Shown: positions 1-8,054, counted from the first letter of the stretch. The stretch: 9,875 nt of DNA from Octopus sinensis (GCF_006345805.1 NW_021827801.1:1-9875); one strand, 5' to 3'. Numbers and translations: made by a program. Notes: generated from the sequence alone by a model not told the origin.

Positions 1-136
1 AAGAGAGAGAGAAATAGAGAGAGGGAGGGGAGAGAGCGAAAGAGAGAGAGAGCGAGAGAGAGAGAGAGCGAGAGAGAGAGAGTGAGAGAGAGCGAGAGCG
101 AGAGAGGGAGAGCGAAAGAGAGAGAGAGAGCGAGAG

Positions 137-212
<76 letters not shown>
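1..212 (+). repeat. (GA)n polypurine microsatellite with GAGC interruptions
   Basis: Direct reading: near-continuous AG dinucleotides, pure from about 150 to 212; may extend upstream of the window. Confidence 0.98.
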
Positions 213-217
<5 letters not shown>

Positions 218-353
218 AGAAAGAGATCAAAAGCATTGCAAGTTATATACATATCCTCTGGAACATTCACCATACACATATGTGAAGAACTATAACGACA
301 TACGAACATAGAGCAATCAAAGATAACACCTTTTGGTAATGGAAACGAACGGC

Positions 354-371
354 AAAAAAAAAAAAAAAAAA
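354..371 (+). repeat. A18 homopolymer
   Basis: 18 consecutive A. Confidence 0.95.
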
Positions 372-511
372 CGGTGTGCAAGGAATGCATTCGGTTCATT
401 TTGGATTATGCTAATCCCACTTGGGCTCTTAATCGCACCAAAGAACTGCGCACGAAGCACCACAACAAGCTGCACACGAACCATTTTCTCGAAGACAACT
501 GAAGCTCACAA

Positions 512-566
<55 letters not shown>

Positions 567-609
567 TAATGATGATGATGATGATGATGATAATGATTTA
601 ATAAAGGTA

Positions 610-654
<45 letters not shown>

Positions 655-753
655 TGATGATGATGATGATGATTATGATGATGATGATGATGATGATATG
701 ATATTAATAATAATAAATAATAATAATACTAATAATGAGGAGAAGAAGAAGAA

Positions 754-784
<31 letters not shown>

Positions 785-839
785 AAAGAAGAGAAGAAGA
801 AGAAGAAGAAGAAGAAGAAGAAGAAGAAGAAGAAGAAGA
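512..839 (+). repeat. Compound trinucleotide microsatellite (AAT)n-(GAT)n-(AAT)n-(GAT)n-(AAT)n-(GAA)n
   Basis: Direct reading; the (GAA)n block spans about 741-839. Confidence 0.98.
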
Positions 840-1165
840 CATCAACGTCCTCTCAACGATTAGCCGGAGATGGTTTTTTTTTTAAATGAGAATATCTGAA
901 ATAAACTCGACTGTTCCTAGAAACGAGGATACTAAAAATGAACTCTTAAAATTTAAGTAAAAAACAGGATAAATAATCTTGAATCCTTGTCCGGTACCGG
1001 ATTAATCTCAAACTTTAATCAGTTCGTGTCAGTCACGAGGCCAAACATCCCTGAAAGGTTCATCTGAATCCATCCGGCAGTTTTTGAGATGTCTTGTCCA
1101 CAGACAGACAAATAAACAAACACACTGAAAACTATATCTCCGCCTTCGCTAAGGCGGAGATAATA
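839..1165 (-). mobile_element. Helentron-associated non-autonomous element (DINE-1/HINE-like), copy 1, 3' terminus missing
   Basis: Perfect 12-bp hairpin tatctccgcctt-cgct-aaggcggagata (1135-1162), short GACA/AACA microsatellite at about 1099-1125, and body colinear with 4657-4830 and 5002-5202. Class assignment is from architecture. Confidence 0.7.
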
Positions 1166-1321
1166 AAAGACCACAAGGATATACGAGGGGGGCACAGTTT
1201 GTTGTCGGAACAAGTTACAGCACCCAAGGATTCTGCTGTTTGGTTGGCTTGTATGGTTAATATGGCGGATGAGGTTTCCGCAACTTTTTGCCGAACAACC
1301 TGCACAGATGGTTGGTTTCTC

Positions 1322-1675
1322 GATTGGATTGGATTGGATCGCCTGTGTTCAGTCCACTGCTGGATAAAGGCCTCAGCATTTTCCCTTCACCAACCACGGT
1401 CGGATGTGGAGGCTGTGAATTTGAGCCTGAGATCATAACGGATTAATTTGTTTACGGTGAGCAAGTCTTTATGCCATAGATGACCTCCTCTCTCCATCAA
1501 AATCGGCATTACCTGTACAGGTGCATGGAGTGGCATAGTCAGATGTTGAAGTGATCGTGGAGCAACATGAGGTAAAGTGTTTTTTTGCTCAAGAGCACAA
1601 TCCATAACCCAGTCCGGGTATCGAAACTACAATCTCGCGATCATGAGTGCAATACTCTAACCACTAGGCTACTTT
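1322..1675 (-). mobile_element. tRNA-derived SINE (family 3 head) with RTE-like 3' tail
   Basis: Minus strand: Box A TAGCCTAGTGG (1671-1661), Box B GTTTCGATACC (1627-1617), tail GAGGCCTTTATCCAGCAGTGGACT (1374-1351) resembling recalled RTE-clade 3' ends, then terminal (ATCCA)n (1339-1322). The 5' boundary is approximate. Confidence 0.75.
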
Positions 1676-1942
1676 CCTTGACAGGGTTAATATAATACCT
1701 AAAATACTGAATTTTACAAATTTCATGTTTGCAATCCGATTTATAAATCTCATTAGCCATAAATTTGTGAATTTACATACCTGCGCCTAGTTGTGGATAA
1801 CAAGTTTACGTCTTAAAAAATTATGGCGATTTTCCTAAAATATGAATATTAATTTATCGATTTGTGTAATGCATTTTACGTGGATTTTTTAAAATACGTT
1901 TATCTATTGTATAGATATGCACTTTCGTGTTGTTTCCTCTTC

Positions 1943-1981
1943 TACTTGTTTCAGTCATTTGACTGTGGCCATGCTGGAGCA
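1943..1981 (-). mobile_element. Isolated 3'-tail fragment of SINE family 1
   Basis: tacttgtttcagtcatttgactgtggccatgctggagca matches the tail of the copies at 3552-3983 and 6892-7297. Confidence 0.85.
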
Positions 1982-2046
1982 TGATGTGCAAGATATGTGT
2001 GTGCATGTATATATGTGTACATGTATATACACATATATTCTTTTAA

Positions 2047-2426
2047 TTGTTTCAGTCATTTGACTGCGGCCATGCTAGAGCACCGCCTTTAGTCGAGCAA
2101 ATCAACCCCAGGACTTATTCTTTGTAAGCCTAGTACTTATTCTCTCAGTCTCTTTTGCCGAACCGATAAGTTACGGGGATGTAAACACACCAGCATCGGT
2201 TGTCAAGCGATGTTGGGGGGACAAACACAGACACACAAACGTATACACACACACACACAAACGTATACACACACATATATACATATATACGATGGACTTC
2301 TTTCAGTTTCCGTCTACCAAATCCACTCACAAGGCTTTGGTCGGCCCGAGGCTACAGTAGAAGAAACTTGCCCAAGGTGCCACGCAGTGGGACTGAACCC
2401 GGAACCATGTGGTTCGTAAGCAAGCT
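2047..2426 (-). mobile_element. SINE family 1 (octopus tRNA/CORE-type, OR1/OK-like), 5'-truncated
   Basis: Colinear with the other family 1 copies; Box B GGTTCAGTCCC, CORE-like CCTTGGGCAAGT (2377-2366) and internal (CA)n/(TA)n present; Box A end absent. Family name is from memory. Confidence 0.9.
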
Positions 2427-2504
2427 TGCATGTTTTTTACAGCTGTGATTTCTGATGCGTTTGTTGCAATGTGTTTCTTCTTCTTGTTCTATGAGTTAGT
2501 CTAA

Positions 2505-2571
2505 TCCGGCTAATCGTTGAAAGGACGTTGGTGTTGCATTGGTGGAGGTTTGCACTCTCTGAGTACTCTTG
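2505..2571 (+). mobile_element. 3'-terminal fragment of the Helentron-associated element, copied within arm A
   Basis: Identical to the reverse complement of 4616-4682; contains the sub-TIR ggtggaggt and the stem-loop gcactc-tct-gagtac, ending CTTG. Confidence 0.75.
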
Positions 2572-2661
2572 ATTATAATACATTACAAGTACTAAATACT
2601 CTCTATGCAAGTCAGTAACTCTCTTCCTTTGAAGCTCCTGGGTTAGATGTGTATATGAACA

Positions 2662-2924
2662 AGGCGGCGAGCTGGCAAAGGCGGTGAGCTGGCAAAGGCG
2701 GCGAGCTGGCAGAAACGTTAGCACGCCGGACGAAATGCGTAGCCGTATTTCGTCTGCCGTTACGTTCTGAGTTCAAATTCCGCCGAGGTCGACTTTGCCT
2801 TTCATCCTTTCGGGGTCGATTAAATAGGTACCAGTTACGCACTGGGGTCGATATAATCGACTTAATCCGTTTGTCTGTCCTTGTTTGTCCCTTCTGTGTT
2901 TAGCCCCTTGTGGGTAGTAAAGAA
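2662..2924 (+). mobile_element. SINE family 2 (octopus tRNA-derived, OR2-like) with 15-bp TSD and triplicated 17-bp head
   Basis: TSD atgtgtatatgaaca at 2647-2661 and 2925-2939; Box B GTTCAAATTCC at 2771-2781; three aaggcgg(c/t)gagctggca units at 2661-2711. Confidence 0.92.
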
Positions 2925-2938
2925 ATGTGTATATGAAC

Positions 2939-3551
2939 ATTGTTAGGATATCCGCTTTTAATTAACGTTCGTTTTATCCTCTCGTTTTCCAAGTAGGGAT
3001 TTTAATACCGTAGAAATCTCTGTAAACATTCGCTAACACAATCTAAATGAAGTCATTTTCATTTGTCATTGGTATATACGAACAAGATATATTCGTTGTT
3101 TACTAGCTGAACATTTGTCTGGAAATGACGTCATCGCATTGTTAGAGGATTTATCAATGCTGTTTTGAATGTTTTCTAAAGTCTTTTTGTTTTCAATTAC
3201 TTGAAGTTTCCCGTTGATTCCATTACAGAAAAATATATCCTCCACAAACCTGGTGCATATCGTATATTGACTTTCTACAATGTTGCTCTGTATTGCTTCC
3301 GCATAAAATGCAGCAAATCTGGGTCTTAAGCGAGAACCCATGGCTGTTCCATCTTGTTTACACGATTTGTATTGTAGACCACAAAAGGATTCTCTTGCTT
3401 ATACTGTAGACTTTAATTTCTACATTATATTATCTGGTTTCACAGGTGGTTTAATCTGTAAGCATTTTTAAACATTATTAAATATGGATCCTTTTGTTTC
3501 TGCCACTAATGTGTTAATGAACAGCATTTGTACGTCTAAAGCGATGTTAGC
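2939..3551 (-). pseudogene. Decayed Penelope-like element reverse transcriptase fragment (Penelope/Poseidon-type)
   Basis: Minus-strand translations in the expected order: IALDVQMLFINTLVAET (cf. SLDVESLFTNVP), KQDGTAMGSRLRPRFAAFY (cf. QxDGVAMGSPLGPxFANFY), CTRFVEDIF (cf. RYVDDIF), SFPDK (cf. PFLDV), HLDCVSECLQRF (cf. CLNxxSECPxRY), ERIKRTLIKSGYPNN (cf. ERIKQxLINNGYPN); stops and frameshifts present. Consensus motifs are recalled. Confidence 0.85.
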
Positions 3552-3983
3552 TTTACTCTTTTACTCTTTTACTCTTTTACTTGTTTCAGTCATTTGACTG
3601 CGGCCATGCTGGAGCGCCGCCTTTAGTCGAGCAAACCGACCCCGGGACTTATTCTTTGTAAGCCCAGTACTTATTCTATCGGTCTTCTTTTGCCGAACCG
3701 CTAGGTGACGGGGACGTAAACACACCAGCATCGGTTGTCAAGCGATATTGGGGGGGGGACAAACACAGACACACTAACACACACACACACACACACATAT
3801 ACATATATATACATATATACGACAGGCTTCTTTCAGTTTCCGTCTACCAAATCCACTCACAAGGCATTGGTCGGCCCGGGGCTGTAGCAGAAGACATTTG
3901 CCCAAGATGCCACGCAGTGGGACTGAACCCGGAACCATGTGGCTGGTTAGCAAGCTACTTACCACACAGCCACTCCTGTGCCT
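3552..3983 (-). mobile_element. SINE family 1, full length
   Basis: Minus strand: 5' AGGCACAGGAGTGGCTGTGTGG (Box A 3972-3962), Box B GGTTCAGTCCC (3929-3919), internal (CA)/(TA) microsatellite, (GAGTAAAA)n tail; no clear TSD. Confidence 0.93.
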
Positions 3984-4182
3984 TTGTTGTGTAGTTTCGT
4001 GATGTCTTCTCATGAACAAACTGTAAACAGTATATCACCGTTGTATATCGTTTGATAATGTTGTGTACTTGTTTAGTAGAGCATTAGTATATTTGAAATA
4101 TGTATGTCTACTCATTATGTAGTTGACACACGAACGTCAAATTCAGGCTCTTTCCCGTAGATTAAAAATAATGAACAGCTTT

Positions 4183-4241
4183 ATCGATTTCCCCCTTCTT
4201 ATTGAGGTCTCATCAGAGGTGTTTACATCACCTGACCGGTC
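4183..4241 (-). ncRNA. Degenerate type III hammerhead ribozyme, probably PLE-associated
   Basis: Minus strand: gaccg-GTC-aggtg(atgtaaa)cacct-CTGATGA-gacctcaataagaagggg-GAAA-tcgat; perfect 5-bp stem I hairpin, GUC triplet and both core boxes present; stems II and III imperfect. Confidence 0.65.
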
Positions 4242-4264
4242 TTAGAGCAGCGAGTAGCCAATCC

Positions 4265-4682
4265 GTTCATATACACATTTCTTTACTACCCACAAGGGGC
4301 TAAACACAGAAGGGACAAAAAAGGACAGACAAACGGATTAAGTCGATTATATCGACCCCAGTGCGTAACTGGTACTTATTTAATCGACCCCGAAAGGATG
4401 AAAGACAAAGTCGACCTCGGCGGAATTTGAACTCAGAACGTAACGGCAGACGAAATACGGCTACGCATTTCGCCCGGCGTGCTAACGTTTCTGCAAGCTC
4501 GCCGCCTTTGCCAGCTCGCCGCCTTGTTCATATACACATCTAACCCAGGAGCTTCAAAGGAAGAGAGTTACTGACTTGCATAGAGAGTATTTTAGTACTT
4601 GTAATGTATTACAATCAAGAGTACTCAGAGAGTGCAAACCTCCACCAATGCAACACCAACGTCCTTTCAACGATTAGCCGGA
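4265..4682 (-). repeat. Inverted duplication, arm B
   Basis: Reverse complement of 2505-2938; includes non-SINE flank, TSD and the Helentron terminus. Confidence 0.97.
4279..4524 (-). mobile_element. SINE family 2, duplicate of the 2662-2924 insertion
   Basis: Same TSD (4265-4278 and 4525-4539) and same diagnostic bases (aaatgcgtagccgtatt); two 17-bp head units instead of three. Confidence 0.92.
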
Positions 4683-5202
4683 GATGATTTTTAAAATAAG
4701 AATATCTGAAATAAACTCGACTACTCTCACAAACGAGAATAGAAAAAAATGAACCCGACTGCTCTCAAAAATCAAATAAAATACCAGAAAAACAATCCAG
4801 AATCCTTGTCCGGTACTGGATCGATCCCAATAGTGGTCATGGAATGTGGAGGAGGCTGTAGAAAATTTAATAACAATAATAAATAGTTTATCCTTATCTA
4901 ATACAAGCCAAAGTTAACAAATTCGCCGTTCAAAATAGTTACAGCGTAAAGGGAGATAATTGAGAAAGACTTGAAAGTGAACGTAAGATCGTAATCATGT
5001 GAAGTAAAAAAAATATAACAAATAATCCAGAATCCTTGTCCGGTACCGGATTGATCCCAAAATCTAATCAATTCATGCTAATCACGAGGGCAAACATCCC
5101 TGAAAATTTCATCCAAATCCATCCAGCGGTTCTTGAGATATCTTGTCCACAGACACACAAACAAAGAAGCACGACTAAAAACAATACTTCCACCTTCGCT
5201 AA
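4616..5202 (-). mobile_element. Helentron-associated non-autonomous element, copy 2, with internal 40-bp duplication and filler
   Basis: Stem-loop gtactc-aga-gagtgc (4621-4635), sub-TIR acctccacc (4638-4646), body homologous to 839-1165; only one arm of the terminal hairpin remains (about 5186-5202). Confidence 0.7.
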
Positions 5203-5419
5203 AAATGCTAAAATAAGACATATTCTTATTAATAAGAAAACACAAGCATGTAAGTCCGTAAAACAATAACCGATGTGGTTAAAAAAAATCTGATTGCACA
5301 GGAAACTTTATCATTTTATTGTTCACCTCTTCACCATTACTATTATTTATTTTCTCAGCAACCACATACCGGATGTGTCTATTCACCTCCAACAATATTT
5401 CATTTCATGACGGCTACCT

Positions 5420-5503
5420 CTGATGAGCGCAAGGTTACATAATCGGATTGTTACCTTACACTCCATTTAATCCCTAACACGAAACCGATTGATAAGATCG
5501 GTT
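5420..5503 (+). ncRNA. Possible hammerhead-like relic (type I order), stem I not in register
   Basis: CTGATGA (5420-5426), G...C closing pair, GAAAC (5481-5485), stem III ccgat/atcgg, GTT triplet; stem II is degenerate. Confidence 0.3.
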
Positions 5504-5552
5504 GTAATGAATATATAGTACTGTACATTTCGAATAATATGCTCACTCTGTT

Positions 5553-5572
5553 TGTGTGTGTGTGTGTGTGTG
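5553..5572 (+). repeat. (TG)10 microsatellite
   Basis: Direct reading. Confidence 0.95.
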
Positions 5573-5573
5573 C

Positions 5574-5794
5574 AAGGTGAGGTAGCAGAATCGTTAGAAC
5601 GCCGTGTAAAATGCTTCGCGGCATTTCGTCAGTCTTTTAGATTCTGAGCCCAAATTCCGCCGAGATGGCTTTGCCTTTCATTTTTCTGGGGGCAATAAAA
5701 TTGGTACCAGTCGAACACTGCGATCCACGTAATCGACTTACCCCTTCCTCCGAAATTATTGGTCTTGTACCAAAATTTGAAATCGTTATTTATT
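5574..5794 (+). mobile_element. Older, diverged relative of SINE family 2 with a different 3' tail
   Basis: gcagaatcgttagaacgcc...aaattccgccgag...ctttgcctttcat...ggtaccag...taatcgactta aligns to family 2; after cgactta it switches to ccccttcctccgaaattattggtcttgtaccaaaatttgaaa. Confidence 0.8.
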
Positions 5795-5955
5795 GGCTAT
5801 ACAACGCTTTCTGGCATACAATAAATAACAAACGCAAAGAACTCATAACGTATTTTGCACACAGCTTCTTCGACTGAGTTAAAAAAAAGTTCCAGGAATT
5901 TGTCGGAATGCGACCGCGGGTTGTACTGTAGGAGTAAATGACAGTCTGGTAAACG

Positions 5956-6546
5956 ACTCTCTTTACTCTTTTTACCTCTTTACTTGTTTCAGTCATTTCA
6001 CTGTGGCCATGCTGGAGCACCGCCTTTAGTGGAGCAAATCGACCCCAGGACTTATTTTTTGTAAGCCTATTCTATCAGTCTCTGTTGCCGAACCGCTAAG
6101 TTACGGGGACGTAAACAAATTTATATAATAGGACAAATTTATATTATTTAATCACAACCGAAGCAAGGCTCGATAACCTCACTACCTCCTCCTGGTCCGA
6201 AAGAAAAATGTGGAGGGGATCTCTAATAAACCAGCCTCTCAGTCCACAAAAAAGGGACGATTCTTCCTCTTCCGGGGGCGTAAACACACCAGCATCGGTT
6301 GTCAAGCGATATTGGGGGGACAAACAGACACAAACACACACACACACACATACACACACATATATATATATACATATATACGACGGGCTTCTTTCAGTTT
6401 CCGTCTGCTGCCAAATCCACTCACAAGCTTTGGTCGGCCCGAGGCTATAGTATAAGACACTTGCTCAAGGTGCCACGCAGTAGGAATGAACCCGGAACCA
6501 TGTGCTTGGTAAGCAAACTACTTACCACACAGCCACACCTGCGCCT
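5956..6546 (-). mobile_element. SINE family 1, full length, interrupted by a 155-bp insertion
   Basis: Tail part 5956-6117 and head part 6273-6546, ending cctgcgcct; 7-bp deletion near 6068. Confidence 0.92.
6118..6272. mobile_element. Unclassified 155-bp insertion with 14-bp target-site duplication
   Basis: cggggacgtaaaca (6104-6117) and cgggggcgtaaaca (6273-6286), 13/14 identical; other family 1 copies have this motif once. Confidence 0.7.
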
Positions 6547-6891
6547 GCAGGATATAGGCGTGATGTTTTTTGTGTACGAACATTCCGGGTAAGTACCATA
6601 TGGGATTGCGGGTGTAGTGCAATTTCGCACCTCTCCTTGAAAAATGCATTTCTTTTAAAAAATTTTTTTCGGATTCCTGCGTTTTTGATGTCAGAGATTA
6701 CGAATATCAAAAAAAAAAAATTAATTTCATCCCCTCCCCCATTAAAATTTTTAATTTTGTTTACTTTAAAGAGGTCGTAGCGAATTGACGAACAACAGCA
6801 AATCGAAATTAAATACAGACAAAAACATTAACGAGAAAAGAATTTGAGTTTTACTTGTGTTTGCCTTAAATAATCGTAAATAATAATTTAA

Positions 6892-7297
6892 TACTCTTAC
6901 TCTTTTACTCTTTTACTTGTTTCATTCATTTGACTGCGGCCATGCTGGAGCACCGCCTTTAGTCGAGCAACTCGATCCCGGGACTTATTCTCTTTGTAAG
7001 CCCAGTACTTATTCGATCGGTCTCTTTTTGCCGAACCGCTAAGTGACGGGGACGTAAACGCAACAGCATCGGTTGTCAAGCAAGGGGAACAAACACAGAC
7101 ACACAAACACACATACATATATATATATACATATATACGACAGGCTTCTTTCAGTTTCCGTCTACCAAATCCACTCACAAGGCATTGGTCGGTCCGGGGC
7201 TATAGCAGAAGACACTTGCCCAAGATGCCACGCAGTGGGATTGAACCCGGAACCATGTGTTTGGTTAGCAAGCTACTTACCACACAGCCACTCCTGT
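6892..7297 (-). mobile_element. SINE family 1, nearly full length
   Basis: Box A, Box B, CORE-like segment and (TACTCTT)n tail present; short internal deletion before the microsatellite. Confidence 0.92.
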
Positions 7298-7423
7298 AAA
7301 TTAAATGTACTCTTTTTTGTGAGAAACAAACAATATTTAATAACTAATGTTATAAAGTTTAATAAGGGGCTCAAATTTCACTCCCTCCCCCTATTTTAAA
7401 TTTTGAACTTTTTCATCCATTTA

Positions 7424-7637
7424 ACTCATGATCGTAGGGTTGTGGTTTCGATTCCCGGACCGGGCAATGCGTTGTGTTCTTGAGCAAAACACTTCATTTT
7501 CACGTAGCTCCAGTCCACTCAGCGGGTAAAAATGAGTAATCCTGCGACGGGCCGGCGTCCCGTCCAGGTGGGGAATTTCTACATTACTGAAACCGGGAAA
7601 CCGGCCCTTATGAGCCTGGCGTGGCTCGAGAAGGAAC

Positions 7638-7638
<1 letters not shown>
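7424..7638 (+). mobile_element. tRNA SINE with family 3 head and a CORE/V-like body, 5'-truncated
   Basis: actcatgatcg...GTTTCGATTCC (7445-7455)...ttgtgttcttgagcaaaacactt...gtagctcca aligns to the head of 1322-1675; then ccagtccactcagcgggtaaaaatgagtaa and cctgcgacgggccggcgtcccgtccagg. Confidence 0.75.

Positions 7639-7640
<2 letters not shown>

Positions 7641-7684
<44 letters not shown>
7641..7684 (+). repeat. (AT)22 microsatellite
   Basis: Direct reading; abuts the SINE 3' end. Confidence 0.97.
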
Positions 7685-7686
<2 letters not shown>

Positions 7687-8054
7687 GCCGAAAAAGGCAT
7701 TTTTTTTCCAAATACGCCAGCTAAACTAAGTTGTACTGTCTATAGTCGTAAGACACCCGCTGTTTTTGTCCTGTTATTACTATTATTGTTTTTTGTAGTT
7801 ATATTCGTGTGGCATCGTCCGTTTTTCTGTCCTTGTTTCGTATACATTCGATGCTTTTCCCAAGAAATATAATGCTCGTAGCTTAGTTTTTCTTTGGGGC
7901 TGACCAGATTGGAGCAATCTCAAGATTAATCAGCCGAAATTGCGAGGATGATCCGGTTCTTGACTGAAGATTGAAAGCTTCGAATGTCGCGTCCGTGTTT
8001 TTTGCATAGTCTTCTAAATGTTTTACGTTCTTGTCCCAGTTTGTATTTTTCTAC

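Larger units (their letters stand above)
2505..2938 (+). repeat. Inverted duplication, arm A
   Basis: Reverse complement of 4265-4682; by manual alignment 6 substitutions, one 1-bp indel and one extra 17-bp unit. Confidence 0.97.

Noticed and set aside
82-889. ORFs rich in RE, I/N and K repeats
   Set aside because: They are translations of GA, AAT and GAA microsatellites with no domain signal.
1611-1675. tRNA gene candidates at SINE heads
   Set aside because: Box A and B run directly into SINE bodies; no complete cloverleaf or acceptor stem.
5876-5955. aaaaagttccaggaat resembling a mariner terminal repeat; also tacgagggg near 1179
   Set aside because: Short matches only, with no partner TIR, TA duplication or transposase remnant.
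6590-7420. Possible old DNA-transposon/MITE remnant split by a SINE; similar ccctcccc...aaatttt motifs near 6730 and 7380
   Set aside because: Low-complexity similarity, no definable termini.
7880-8050. ctgaaga...gaa motif in a stretch that may be an unclassified octopus repeat
   Set aside because: No convincing hammerhead stems and no second copy in the window to define an element.
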